Assembly (NCBI GenBank): GCA_951406725.2
Contig: OX597814.1
Coordinates: 5,766,001 to 5,830,000 of the forward strand
Origin: Octopus vulgaris
Lineage: Eukaryota
DNA: 64,000 bases
Reading direction: 5' to 3'
Within the stretch, counting starts at the first letter, position 1. Each line of letters starts with the position of its first letter. Under the pieces are notes generated by a model. The model was not told the origin of the DNA, did not search any database, and saw only the letters and a program-made list of their open reading frames with translations. The position numbers were made by a program, and so were the translations under genes. Positions 1-12,869 of this stretch are shown in pieces.

Positions 1-536
1 TGTATGTATGTCCATGCTTTCGGTTTATGTGTGTGTGTGTTCATGCGCGTTGGTGTGTACATGTGTATGTATATGAAGCTAATGCACACTATCTTGTGTG
101 AGTGTGTGTGTCTGTCCACCATAATTTAATGTCCATGGTTGGGTGTCCTTTTTGTAGCCAAGTGTCACATGTTTCCAAATGAGGGAATATTTCCCCATGG
201 TCAGACATGTTTTTCATGGAAAACTGGAAAAGACACAACATCACTTGTGTGATGGTGATTTACAACCATCGTGTGCTATCAACACCTGGCTACTAATCCT
301 AACCCTAACCCTAACCCCACACACACACATGTATGTATAAATGATGAGCTTCTTTCAGTTTCTATCAACGAAATCCACTCCCAAGGCTTTGGCCAACCAT
401 TGACCTATAACAGAAGACACTTGTCCAAAATGCTGTGAGTGGAATTGAACCTGAAACCACAAGGTCAGGAAGCAAGCTTCTCAACCACACTTGGATCTAA
501 AAAGAAACATTAACTATAAAAAATGGTATTACTAAC

Positions 537-2069
537 CTTTCTGCACAATGGCTGCTGCAACCCCACCCCTGTGTTCCAGTCTGCCATTTGCAGCATTAAC
601 AATAGCATCTGTGTCCAGAGTCGTGATGTCACCTTCCTTCAACACTATTTCACAGTTCTTATACTTAACATTAACTATTTCATCTGTTTCACTTCCTAAA
701 TCTGAATTTAATGATATTATGCTCTCAGATTGCTTCTGCATTTCACATAAGAAATTCTTTCCTTCATTTTCCAGAAATTCTTGAAATCCAAACATTTCAA
801 AGTTTTCTTCTTTTGAGCTGATATCTTTTCTTAAGTTTTCTATAAATGTTTCCATTTTCCTAATTTGGTTTTGTGTTCCTTCCAGGTGTAACTTATTATC
901 TTTGAGACACACATTCTTAATTTTATTTTTCTCACTAAAGTCATTGATTTCCTGATCTTTGAACTCTTTAAGAAAGAGGAAATGTGCAAGATTCATCGAT
1001 ATATAAGATTCATAAGTTAAAGATTGCTTAAAGTTATCAATTTTGCTTTTTATATCATTAACTACAACATCAACAGCAACAATAGAATTTTCTCCAATAA
1101 AATGGAAATCTGGAAACTCTGCTTTTACACTTTTAACTAATGTCAGCCACTTTACATGATTTGGAGTATCCTTAATTTTGTCCACAAAATCCAGTGTATT
1201 GGCAACAAAAGTTTCTTTCATGATTCCTTCCAAAAGTGAAAGATGTGTTTTATCACTTGCATGAAGTAATACTGAATCACCATCACCCGTTTCCCATGAA
1301 CCGATACATTTCTTGTTTCTCAGTTTTTCATCAAGATATTCTTTCACTGGTTTTTTATTTATGATCATTCCAGTATTTAAAGGCAAACCCAGTTTCGATC
1401 TTACAACTGACTGAAGTATTTTATTCATATCCTTTTGACATTTAGCTATTTTCGAAGTGTGGCCTTCAAAAATAACTTTGTTACCATAAATTCTGACTTT
1501 TAGATCTTCAGATTGTCTTTCTGCCTGCTCACGAAATCTGAGACCAGATAGAATACGTCTTTCGTGAATATTTAAATCATACTCACATTTCTTTCTAAGA
1601 TTATCCAAAAGTCTGTTTTTCATTTTAATCACAAAACTTGTATTAAATCCCAAAATATGAGCTTGGAAATTCCGGTTATCAAAATAAAAATACCTTTGGT
1701 CGGCTTCACTGTTAAATGTTCTAACAATGTCCTCAAAAATATCAGTTGGAACATCAATAGTTTCAATAGTAATGGAATTTAATAAATCTTTCAAACACTG
1801 TTCAATTTTCTTAAAATTTTCTTCAGAATATTTTAATTTCAGTTTATTAAACTTGGAATCTTTCCAAATTACTTCAGCCCATTTCTTTAATTGGTCATTA
1901 ACTATGATTTTATGTTTCTTTAAGAAATTCAGATGGAACTTGGAAGGTAGTGAATAGTCATGGACTTGCTGGCTTGAAATGGTATTTTCTTCAGATGGTT
2001 CCCAGAATGGTTGAACATCTAACTTCACATTTTGCAGTATATGATCTCTGCTACAAACGTCCAGCACAA
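537..2069 (-). CDS. PARP14: PARP14/macro-PARP-like gene, large coding exon (end of RRM, KH-like region, start of macrodomain); gene continues beyond the left window edge
   Basis: Open 1533-nt exon with acceptor (ttcataatttag|TTGTG, AG at 2070-2071) and donor (CAGAAAG|gttagt, GT at 535-536), phase 1 at both ends. It ends in the macrodomain motif GDITTLDTDAIVNAANGRLEHRGGVAAAIVQKG. The RRM-KH-Macro order matches the PARP14/PARP9/PARP15 family; exact orthology is not provable here. Confidence 0.82.
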
Positions 2070-2276
2070 CTAAATTATGAAAAAGTAAAAAGATAAAATT
2101 ATTTCGTTGGTGAGGGATTAGGGGTGAGCTGGGGAGTTCAGTGGGTAAAGACAGAAAAATATTTGAAGACAAAGTTATATGTTATTATTATAATACATTA
2201 GCAAACAGGAAAATATAATCAGCATTTAACTGATACTAAGTAAACACTATCTCTATTAATTATAATAAATACTAGA

Positions 2277-3091
2277 AACATCACTGGAATTTTGGTTTTA
2301 AATTTTGGTAGAAGGCCAGCAATTTCAGGAGAGTGTCTAAGTCAATTACATCAACCCCAGTGATCAATTGGTACTTATTTTATTGACCATAAACATCACT
2401 GGAATTTTGGTTTCAAATTTTGGCACAAGGCCAGCAATTTCAGGAGAGTGTCTAAGTCAATTACATCAACCCCAGTGCTCAACTGGTACTTATTTTATTG
2501 ACCATAAACATCACTGGAATTTTGGTTTCAAAATTTGGCACAAGGCCAGCAATTTCAGGACAGTGGTTAAGTCTATTACATCAACCCCAGTGCTCAACTG
2601 GTACTTATTTTATTGACCATAAACATCACTGGAATTTTGGTTTTAAATTTTGGCACAAGGCCAGCAATTTCAGGTGAGTGTCTAAGTCAATTACCTCAAC
2701 CCCAGTGCTCAACTGGTACTTATTTTATTGACCATAAACATCAATGGAATTTTGGTTTCTAATTTTGGCACAAGGCCAGCAATTTCAGGAGAGTGGCTAA
2801 GTCAATTACATCAACCCCAGTGATCAATTGGTACTTATTTTATTGACCATAAACATCACTGGAATTTTGGTTTCTAATTTTGGCACAAGGCCAGCAATTT
2901 CAGGAGAGTGGCTAAGTCAATTACATCAACCCCAGTGCTCAACTGGTACTTATTTTATTGACCATAAACATCACTGGAATTTTGGTTTCAAATTTTGGCA
3001 CAAGGCCAGCAATTTCAGGAGAGTGGCTCAGTCAATTACATCAACCCCACTGATCAACTGGTACTTATTTTATTGACCATAAACATCACTG
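2277..3091. repeat. Tandem minisatellite, 115-bp unit, about 7 copies, derived from a SINE tail
   Basis: Unit aacatcactggaattttggtttcaaattttggcacaaggccagc...ttgaccata recurs every 115 nt; a single dispersed homologue lies at about 50070-50145. Confidence 0.92.
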
Positions 3092-3159
3092 GTTTATTAA
3101 AACATTGTTATAAAGGTAAGATTCATTATAGCAATATTAACTCTTACATGCTAATGTAA

Positions 3160-3162
3160 GAG

Positions 3163-3193
<31 letters not shown>

Positions 3194-3950
3194 ACATTTG
3201 GTAGTTTCAGGCAAATTTCTACTACATCATCTGCTACACTCACGTGTCACTGAGGTGTGTGCAGCATTGTGTGTTCTTCTTTGTGGTTGGGAGAGTGCAA
3301 ACTCTCTCCAGTATTGTACTGTACCAGTTTCTTTTCTTATGGGATCTGGTTGCCGTCTTTTATTGTATTAGTGTTTGTATTGTGTATGTAATTCGAGTTA
3401 TGTACCCAGTCTTCTGATGGTTGTTTATTTTATTGGATATTTGTTATATGGAATGTGTCTTGTGTTTATAGAGTGTTTTCTTTGGGTTGTATTACTAAAT
3501 TAACAGAGCCTTGCTGTTTCTAGCAGGGTTATTTTTTGGATAGTATATGGTATTGAGGATCCAGGCATATTTTTGTTCATATGTTTTTTTTGTTTCTTTT
3601 TTTTCCGTATCATGGCCACTACTCCAATCATTACCAGTGTTGTTTTCACCTTCATGCCCCACATCTTGAATACTCCAATTTCCATGTCTTTGTACTTTGA
3701 CAATTACTCCACTTCTTTTCGAGCAACATTTTGGTCAGAAGGGACTGCAATGTCTATTTGTAAGTTGGTGATTTTTTTGTTTTCCAATCGTTTAGTATTG
3801 TGTCTGGGTTATTATTATCTGTTATTTCTTTGTCGGTTTGAACCGGCATATTCCAGATGATTGTGGCCTGGCCATTGTCTTGTACCTTGTTTGGCACATA
3901 TTTATACCATTTATTGTCAGTTGTTATGTTGTAGTGTTGGCATATTGTCC
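3160..3950 (-). mobile_element. R4/Dong-like non-LTR retrotransposon 3' remnant (REL endonuclease) with (TAA)n tail
   Basis: ORF 3500-3703 (KYKDMEIGVFKMWGMKVKT...IQKITLLETAR) resembles the R4/Dong C-terminus; (TTA)n at 3163-3191. Confidence 0.65.
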
Positions 3951-4229
3951 AGTGGACATAACTATTTACTTGGCCATGTCCGTATATGTATATATTCAGA
4001 TACTGGAAGCCAAATGTGTCTTTCCTAGCACCTCAATCATTCAGAGACAGAGTTAGCAAGCTAGTCCATCGGAGGTTGTTGGGTGTAATCGTCCACAGCT
4101 GATTGTGGAAATCTCTGATATGGGCTATTTGAGAGGTGGCATTAATGTTTAGTAAAAGAATAGTGTTAGAGGTGCTTAGAAGAGGCATAGTGACTGATGA
4201 CGTGCTGGTGGCAAGATTGGCTTTTGATC

Positions 4230-5290
4230 AATTCTTCAATGCCAAGCATGAAGGTTGTGTTCTCATAGCAAGGGGGCATGAACTAAGACACAAGGGAATG
4301 AAATCAGTTTGATGAGCCCAGGCGGCCACAAGGCCACAATTCAGTCTTTGACGAGACAGGACAGGCACATGCTGCAAGAAACCAGGCGGGTGTGTTTGGA
4401 ATTTCAGTGGCACTTTACTGAACTGTGTGAAGCATGCAGTGAGTCAGAGACAGGGGTGGATTTCACTTCCTCCCTTCATAGTAAGTCACTCCTTTCGCCC
4501 AGGGATGAAGAGTTCTGCAAAATGCCAATAACAGCTGAAGACACATGGGATGCAATGATAAGCTGCACAAGGGAAAAGTCTTTGGGAGTGGATGGTTTAC
4601 CATTTGTCAGACTTCTTCTTGGCAGTTGTCTACCACAAATGGCAGCAGAACAAGAGAATTCTCAACGCTGTGAGCTATGTGGTACAGTGATACTGCTGAG
4701 AAAGAACCTGAACAAGGTGGTCCAAGTAGACAATTTTAGGATTCTAGCTCGACTGAAAGCAGATTATGAGATTTAAAAGCCAAAGTGTTAGGCATGAGGT
4801 TAGTGATGGTCATCGATATGAATGGATTGCTGACATCCTGGTATGTGCTATGCCAAACAGACAACCTATTCATGACAACCTCCACCTCAAATGCTGCATC
4901 ATAGAGAGGCTGGGTAAGGAACCTGGCATGGGTGGGGCCTTTGACTTGAAAAGGAGATTGAGAGTGGAGCGGGAAGTGGCTGCTCCCCAGTATTTATGTT
5001 GAAAGGGGAGTGAATGTGGCAAAGATGACCCATGTAAATCGACCAACTCTGAACATGGAATTGAAGAGAGAGGCACCTGCTAACATGCGCTTGGCTGTCA
5101 GGATGGATGACCAAGATGTGTGAGGTTCCTTGGCTGGCCCTGGGTGAAACTCCCCCTCTGGGGAATTTGATTGATTTTTTGCTGTTATTTCTTGTTTTTT
5201 GAGTATCCATACATTTTTGTGCTAAGACCCACTTGTCCCTTATTTTGTATTGTCCATTTTTGTTTTGTGTTCAATCCTAGTGGCCAAAAG
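4230..5290 (+). mobile_element. Degenerate L1/Tx1-like LINE fragment (RT N-terminal region plus 3' end); the 3' end recurs at about 6215-6550
   Basis: KSLGVDGLP, VILLRK, NFR...ADY and RPIHDNLH motifs with frameshifts; 4980-5290 is similar to 6220-6550. Confidence 0.55.
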
Positions 5291-6559
5291 AAAATTATAG
5301 CATTCAGACGCAAGCAGCCACCTCAGTCATGTCAGGGTCACCAATTTTTTTAATTAGAATGTTATGATGTGTTACTTTTATGGGGCTACATGTTTAAATG
5401 CCTTTTTTTTACGTTTAGCATAGATAAATATATACAAATTGTTTCCAGAAGGCTATTTAATTAAAGTATTGTATCTAAGGTTACTTTGTTAGTTATACTT
5501 AAATTTAGAAGAGGATATCTATAAGGGGTTGAATTGTTCAGTCAAACTGATATTTGGCTAATACGATTTTTACATGCAATATTCCTTACGGAAGATTTAA
5601 AAGGACAAGTTCCAAAATATTTATACGTTTAAAATATCATTCATTTTTTGCTAATAAAGAAATATTTATTTTATAATTTACATAACACAGTAAAGGCAGG
5701 TAATAAAGAAACTCTATATTATTTGGCCTTTAAATGTGTCTAGTATTAAATCTAGGAGAGTGTAGATTAATTAATTTACACTAGCTAGATTGTTATCCTT
5801 AACTAATTGAAAGGAAGGATTTTAGTATGACATAAAGCCATTTGTTAAATGCTTAAGTGACATTACGAAACATCAAAATAGATATTTCTCACTTAGAGAA
5901 TAAAGGATGAAAACGAGTGATCGAGTGACAAATATTCGTGTGGCATCTCAAAGATCATTCCAAATCCCTTAACATTTTCGGTTTTTATATCCTTCTACCG
6001 AATGGTCTTGGGGTTTCTAGAAGCATCTTGAATCTTAATTTTTGGAACGAAAAGGGATAAAATTCAAGAGGTTTTTGTCTATATGTTAAACTGACCAATG
6101 ATGACCCTAACTTTATTTCATTGATCTCACTCATTTTGCACCAATGGAATATTTTGTTGTGCTAACAAACTAACCTGCCTGCATTTATGAATAGATGTCT
6201 TTATTACAGTGTCACTACAGTGCTGCCCCACTCCCACTATTTTTGGTGAAAGGGGAGGGAATGTGGTGAAGATGACCCATGTGAATGGACCAACTCTGAA
6301 CATACGCTTTAAGCCAGAGAAGTTGAAGAGAGAGGCACCTGCTAATGTGCACTTGGCAATCAGGATGACCAGGATGTGTGGGGTTCCTTGGTTGGCCCTG
6401 GGTGAAACTCTCCCTTTTGGGGAATTTCATTGAATGTTTGCTGTTATTTCTTCTTGTTTTTAAAGTATCCACATATTTTTGTGCTAAGACCCACTCGTCC
6501 CTTGTTTTGTATTGTCCACTTTTGCTTTGTGGTCAGCCCTGGTGGCCAATAAAGGAAGG

Positions 6560-7226
6560 ATTATTATCATTATTATTATTGTTATTTTCTCTTTACCACA
6601 GGTTTTGATGGTGCTCCCGGAGTCTTGCATGCATAGCAGGCTTACTACCTGCAGCCTATGGTACCATGCTATTCATTCTTTTCAGATGTCTAATACTTTC
6701 CTGATTATTCTGGCCATGCCAAGGAGGCAAACCTTTTGTAACAATTCTGCTGGGCACTCTATTCCAATTTCCTTTATATTCCTCTTGATGCCTTCTGGTA
6801 TTGTCCCCAAGGACCCAACAATAATTGGCACTATCTTCACCTTCTTCATTTGCCATAGCCGGGCTATTTCGTACTTAAGACGGTTCTATCTATGTATCTA
6901 TTTTTTCGTCTTCCTGGTTGACTATTCATGGGTCAAAGGGGCATGCACTGTCAACTGTATAGCACATGGGGTGCATCCTGTTGACCACCATTGGGTCTGG
7001 TCCATTATGCTCTGACACCTGATCTGTTTGGATTGGGAAATTCCAGCGGATTTTGCTAGTCTCTGACTCCACCACTCTTTTTGGTTTGTGCTCATACCAC
7101 ATCTTGTCTCTCTCTCTAGCCTCCACTTTTTTGCACAGTTTCCAATGTAGCACTTCCAATACCTGGTCATGTCGCCACAACCTGTAATGGTTTTGGGCAA
7201 GTATTATTATTATTATTATTATTACT
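6560..7226 (-). mobile_element. R4/Dong-like LINE 3' fragment flanked by (TAA)n on both sides
   Basis: RHDQV..LHWKLC..WYEHKP..W.F.IQTD...PD...D.ACPFD (REL nuclease region); TTA repeats at about 6561-6585 and 7202-7225. Confidence 0.7.
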
Positions 7227-8582
7227 ACGATAGGGTGTTGAGCTGTCAGAAACTCCAAAATACTGGGCAAATGATTAGCAGCATTTCATCCATCTTTACA
7301 CTCTTGACTTCAAATTCTGCTAAGGCTGACATTACCTGTCATCCTTTCGGGGCCTATAAAATAAGTACCAGTTGAGTACTGGGATCCTTTACCTTCATAA
7401 TAGTCCTCTCTTCCTGCCAAAACGGAACCTACAAACCAGGTGATGGATATTTCTGTCAGCACATTTCTCACCTTGTTAAAAGCGAGGCACTGGCTGCAAC
7501 AGCTGGGGATTAAGAAGAGTTTTTCATTCCTCAATGTGGTCACAAAATGAAACCTGGCTTCTTCTCCAGTGCCAAATTGCACTTCAAACTTCTTTCTTTG
7601 AGTGATGTGGATCTTGTACTCCCACAAATGCCCAAGATATTCTTGAATTTGGGCTTCCATAGCATTTTCTACCTGGCATGATTTCACTCCGATGCAATAG
7701 TAAGTAACTATACATATCCAAATGTTTTCAATCACCTCGAGTGGAGGGTTCAGGGCTTCTCTTCTTCCATTTCTTTCAGGCGCCATTTTGAAATTTTCTT
7801 TATGCAGAACTCTTCCAGATTTCTTGAAGCACTCACAAAAGAAATCCCCTTTTCAGCATCTCTTGTTGTGGCTGTAGCTACTTTAGTGGAGGCAGTGACG
7901 GTGGAAATGGAGGTGGTGGTGGTGTTTGCATTTGTTTTGAAATTTTATTTTGTTTTTCCCTTTCTTTACACTTGTTATCAGTCTTGTTGTTGTTGTTGTT
8001 ACTGAAACTGTTGAATGTCTTCTTGGATTGTTGATCAGTCAAACATTTCGAAGCTGCTGACAGGTAAATGCATTACCTGTGATGTTCGTTTTGGCTGGTG
8101 TGACGTCACTACATCAATTGCTGTAGTCTATGCTTCAGCAGTATCCCCCTTCTTTTCGGACAAAGTTTCTCTCTCTCCATTCGACTTACATTATAATCAA
8201 TTCTTTTTCTGCCAGGTTTCAAAATATTTGGAAAACAGTGAAATATTTGATTTTCCAAACAGTTAAAAAATACTGGTACCCCCTGCTCTGCAAAACAGGG
8301 GGTGCCTCTAAACAGGAAATAGTGGCAGTGCATTCCAGGCAATGTGAACAACAAGACTGTAACAATTAAAATGAATGGTCACCTTGGCAGATTGAAAAGA
8401 CTGAAAACAGTCTTACAACTTATGAAGTTCCAGATTTCCCTGCCTTTCCAGTATGGCAGTGGCTGTTGTGAAAAAGGTGGGGGTGAGGCGGAGAAGAATA
8501 AAAAGAACAATGACTACTGCTGATGATGATGGCGGTGATGATAGGTAGACTAAATAAAGAGAGGGAAAATAAAATTACTTAC

Positions 8583-8816
8583 CATATGCCTCTTTAAAAC
8601 TTACAATGTAAGTATCAGAGGTTTGTTGTTGAACTGAAGAAATATCTCCACCAGAACTTCTTTCTCTGTCTCCAAAATAGCTTTTAAGAATCTCAGAGCT
8701 GACATTTGAAGAAACGTTTTTCACTCGAACACTGTTTATTTCCTCAATTCTAACCACTTTCAGTTGATTTCCATCCAAGGGGTTTTTTTGGCACATCCTC
8801 TGAACGTACTCAAAAT
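8583..8816 (-). CDS. PARP14: PARP14-like coding exon (RRM: SVRVKNVSSNVSSEILKSYFGDRERSSGGDI...YIVSFKEAY)
   Basis: ttattgcag|ATTTTG acceptor, GCATATG|gtaagt donor, 234 nt, phase 1/1. Contains the PARP14-type RRM motif YFxxxxRSxGG and joins the next exon in frame. Confidence 0.82.
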
Positions 8817-8980
8817 CTGCAATAAATACAATGAATGGAAATACATTTTGGTAAAAGAATCAAATTGAAGTCAATTTACTGACATTTTAACACATTTTAC
8901 TTTTAAATGATTTTGAGAATTCTTCAAATATGGAGATTTTAGCATTAAAATGCAGTTCCAATTATTTAACAACTCCATAT

Positions 8981-9420
8981 AGGCACAGGTGTGGCTGTGT
9001 GGTAAGATGGTTGCTTCCCAGCCATATGGTTCTGGGTTCAGTCCCACTGTGTAGCACTTGGAAAAAATGTATTCTAATATAGCCTTGGGTTGACCAAAGC
9101 CTTATGAGTGGATTTGGTAGATGAAGACTAAAAGAAGCCATCTGTCTGTCTGTCTGTCCGTCTGTATGTTACTGTCTCCTTGCTTGTTGTAAACGAGTGT
9201 CCCTGTTATACAAGCAGTGTCCTTCATTTCCAATCTTCCTTAAAACATGTCTGGTCACTGGGAAACATTACCTTACTTGGAAATAGGTGAGGGTTGGCAA
9301 CATGAAGGGCATCCAGCTGCAGAAAATCCAACTCATCATCAAATTTTGTCCAACCCATGCAAGCAGGGAAAAGCGGACGTTAAAACAGTGATGATGATCA
9401 TTATGATGGTGATGATGATC
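8981..9420 (+). mobile_element. tRNA-derived SINE with RTE-type 3' tail; similar copy at about 63323-63705
   Basis: Same tRNA head as the 35174 family, but ends in GAAGGGCATCCAGCTG...(ATG)n like the RTE 3' UTR. Confidence 0.7.
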
Positions 9421-9758
9421 ATGGGTCCTTTAGTTAATGTTTACTGATCCTTAAATGTATTTAGGGATAAGTAAAGTGTAAAATATAAGAAACAAAATTT
9501 GATTGAGCAGATTTATGATGAAAGACAATCCAACCACGACCATTCCAGTATCTAGAATGGTAGCTTCTGTTTTGAAGAAGGCAGGGTGTAATGGGAGGGA
9601 TACTTTCCTGCTATTTCTATCAGCCTGAGCAACTGTGTAAAGGTCTTCAGATCCTTAAAAGTGTGTATTTTAAGGTAGAGATGGGAATTACCAATCCTAT
9701 TAAAAATACCAAATTCAAGAAATCTTTTTCGGAACAAATCAAACTTGAAGAAACTTAC

Positions 9759-9995
9759 CAATTTCCTTTTGGCAGTACACAAGAAAAGTTCCAGGTTTTC
9801 TTCCAGGGGAAACATATACAATATCTAATTTTCTTGTTTTTTCCAAATAATCAATTAACATTTTTTCAGACATGTCTTTGGGGCCATTTGACACAATCAT
9901 TGCATCTTCTTGCCAGACTAGATTTTTATACCAATTCACACGAAAGTCAAATTTGCTTATGTTATGGACCTTCCTTTGGACAACATTTTCTGCAT
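9759..9995 (-). CDS. PARP14: PARP14-like coding exon (DAENVVQRKVHNISKFDFRVNWY...LIDYLEK)
   Basis: ttttcag|ATGCAG acceptor, GAAATTG|gtaagt donor, 237 nt, phase 1/1, RRM-like sequence in frame with both neighbours. Confidence 0.8.
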
Positions 9996-11443
9996 CTGAA
10001 AATCAAAATAGCAGAAGAAATTTCAAAATGTCATTGAGAATATAAAGTCATTATTTATGAGTGGAGGGCATGGTTGTATTGGTGTTGAAGTGTAGAACCA
10101 GGTCAGAGACATTCTGACCATAAACATCCTCAAGTGTCCTTCCTTCTTTAAGATGTTAGGTGGTGCATGAAGAAGATTTAACTGCCTTTTCTAGCAGATC
10201 AAGTCATCACTTAGAGGCCCCTTTGTTTGCTCTATAGCCGAGAAGATTATGAGGTTCCCTGTACAATTAATTGGTTCTAGTTCAATCCCACTGTCCAACA
10301 GCACCTTGAGCAAGTATCTTCTACCGCAGCCTCAAGATGACCAGAGCCTTGCGACTGATATTTGGAAGAGAGAAACTGTGGACATCACAGGATTTGTGTG
10401 TGTGCGCGTGCATGTGATCAGATAAACATATACACACATACGTGTATACGCACAAACAAGACTTAGAGGAAACGGTAGTCGTTCACAGAGAAAATTGCCA
10501 ATAAAAAGCTTTATCCTGAGCAGATCAATATGTAAACCTATTTTCCAAATAAAGAGGAGAATATTTGAATAATTTTGGAACTATCAGAATATGTCAAAAC
10601 ACTTAATGAAGTGCACTGCAAAATTTCAATTAAAATTAGTCACTTAATGAACAGAGAGAGACTCATTATCTTCATGACAGACTCTTGTTAAGAATGGAGA
10701 TGGACATAACCCTGAAATTTAAATTTACAAAAAAAAAAAAAAATATGCCATATGGTGAAGGAATGAATTTGATATTCCTTCAGCATTTGGTGAAGGAATG
10801 AATTTGATATTCCTTCAGCATATGGTGAAGGAATGAATTTAGCAATAGAGAGACTTGTTTCATTGTTGAGACCTCTTCATTGTAAAAGCTTAACCGTGAC
10901 AGTCAAATTGTTGATGATTAAAAAGTTTTAATGAGTGGACACAGAATGGCGTGGCAACTGGAAACAGAACAGTGCTCTATATTTTCTCTATTGTACCTCC
11001 TTGATCGTACTTTAGCCTTTCAACACCTACCATAATCCCTACATAACCCTTTCAGTTCCTCACTCCATTTAGTAGGAGTTTTTTCTTTTTTCTTTTTCTG
11101 TCTTGGACATTACTTGGCAACCTCACTCATAATGATGGCAGAAAAATTTCCCCCGGTCCACTCTGTAAAGTGGTTGGCATTAGGAAGGGCACCGAGCAAT
11201 AGAAACCATGCCAAAGCTGACCCTAGAGGTCAATGCTGCTCACCAGATCCTGTCAAAGTATTCAACATATTCCATTATGGAAAATTGATGATGATGACAG
11301 TGGTGATGGTTGACATTGCTTATATTAATCTAATGTCTTCACAGTAACTACATACAAATTGTCCAACCTATGCAAGCATGGACAACAGACTTTTTGACGA
11401 TGTCTGTAAATGATTTCATGAAATAAAGAATATTTCTTCTAAC

Positions 11444-11641
11444 CTTTTTCCAATTCAAAAGTGATAGTAACTTCCCCAGAATATTGGATCCGTTCTGGGA
11501 TTCCTTTAATAGGTCCTCCATTTGATCTACTCTTGTTCTCAAAATAAGACTGAATGGCTTCCAAACGGAAATCAGTTGGGACTCCTGACACCAATATCGT
11601 TCTGCCCTCATCATCTCCTCCCTTATTCGAGGCAGATATTC
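11444..11641 (-). CDS. PARP14: PARP14-like coding exon (first RRM: RTILVSGVP...YFENKSRSNGGPI...VTITFE)
   Basis: ttttgcag|GAATATC acceptor, GAAAAAG|gttaga donor, 198 nt, phase 1/1. YFENKSRSNGG is typical of macro-PARP N-terminal RRMs. Confidence 0.82.
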
Positions 11642-12164
11642 CTGCAAAATAAAACCAAAATTTAATGCTAGACAAATACAAGTTACTCACCATCCATGTA
11701 ACAATACTGTGCTATCCACATCATAAACATCCACTTTACATGCCTGATGTAAACCTGAAATACATGTAGCCTTCAAACAGTCCAGATATGCTAGAAGTAA
11801 CAGCCAAAGTTTTTCAAAAGTTCACCCAGTTATTTTTAAAATAGACCAATACACTTGCCAAAATCGTTTTGTCTTGAGAATATCTGCAAAGAAGTTATGG
11901 CATTCCTGATTGAACAATGCTAATTTCACTCACAGAAACCAGAGTTCTAACATATGTCCATCAAATCTGAAAGTCACACCTCTCAGCTTTAAAATCTTTA
12001 AAAAGATGTTTTCCAATAAAACAGCCACACAAATGCCATTTAGTATGACAAACTTCACCGAAATACACATTTTCCAAACAATTCTTTCTTCTATAGGCAC
12101 AACTCTGTTCTGAACGCTTACCCATCACCATCATCATCATCTCTGCAATGAAGAAAGCAAACAT

Positions 12165-12466
12165 AGCCTCAGGCTGACCAATGCCTTGTGAGTGGATTTG
12201 GTAGATGGAAACTGAAAGAAGCCTGTCGTATATATGTATATATATATATGTGTTTGTGTGTCTGTGTTTGTCCCCCTAGCATTGCTTGACAACCGATGCT
12301 GGTGTGTTTACGTCCCCGTCACTTAGCGGTTCGGCAAATGAGACCGATAGAATAAGTACTGGGCTTACAGAAAGAATAAGTCCCGGGGTCGAGTTGCTTG
12401 ACTAAAGGCGGTGCTCCACAATGGCCGCAGTCAAATGACTGAAACAAGTAAAAGAGTAAAAGAGTA
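12165..12466 (+). mobile_element. 5'-truncated tRNA-derived SINE
   Basis: Body and tail match the 35174 family. Confidence 0.8.
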
Positions 12467-12856
12467 CATGTGTTTGTGTGTGTTCATAATTTTCTTGGCA
12501 TTCCCCGGTGGTGGTCAATGACAGACACAGAGAAACAAGCAGTGTCCTTTGTTTCCAATCTTCTACAGAAACACGTTTGTTATTAGAGGAATATTATCTT
12601 GCTTGGAAACAGGTGAAGGTTGGTGACAGGTGAAGGTTGGTGACAGGTGAGGCACCCAGCCATTGAAAATGCTGCTTCAATGGATTCCATCAGATCTATG
12701 CAAGCAAAGGAAAAGGGGATGCAAAAATGATGATGATGATGATGATGGGTAATGGTTTTATTGCTTTTTCAGTAAGTTTTCACAAATTTTATTTTTGAAA
12801 CTTTAAATCCAAAAAAGAAAATTTTATATAAATGTGATTAAAAAATAAATAAATAC

Positions 12857-12869
12857 CTCTCTTTTCCAT
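12857..12869 (-). CDS. PARP14: Probable first coding segment (ATG GAA AAG AGA G; MEKR) within a 35-nt exon at 12857-12891
   Basis: catttgcag|AGCAAA acceptor and GAGAG|gtattt donor. The ATG at 12869 ends in phase 1, matching the phase-1 start of the 11641 exon. Confidence 0.6.

Noticed and set aside
297-318. CCCTAA repeats (also about 25430, 41605, 56645) as telomere
   Set aside because: Only 2-4 units, mostly inside transposon bodies.
2070-2172. N-terminal part of the 546-aa ORF
   Set aside because: Lies upstream of a good splice acceptor and is intronic; the protein joins from the 8583 exon.
2277-3091. CRISPR-like periodic array
   Set aside because: Whole units repeat without unique spacers, no cas genes, eukaryotic context.
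7310-8370. 158-aa and neighbouring ORFs as a nested gene
   Set aside because: No splice-consistent structure or recognisable domain; more likely decayed retroelement ORF1.
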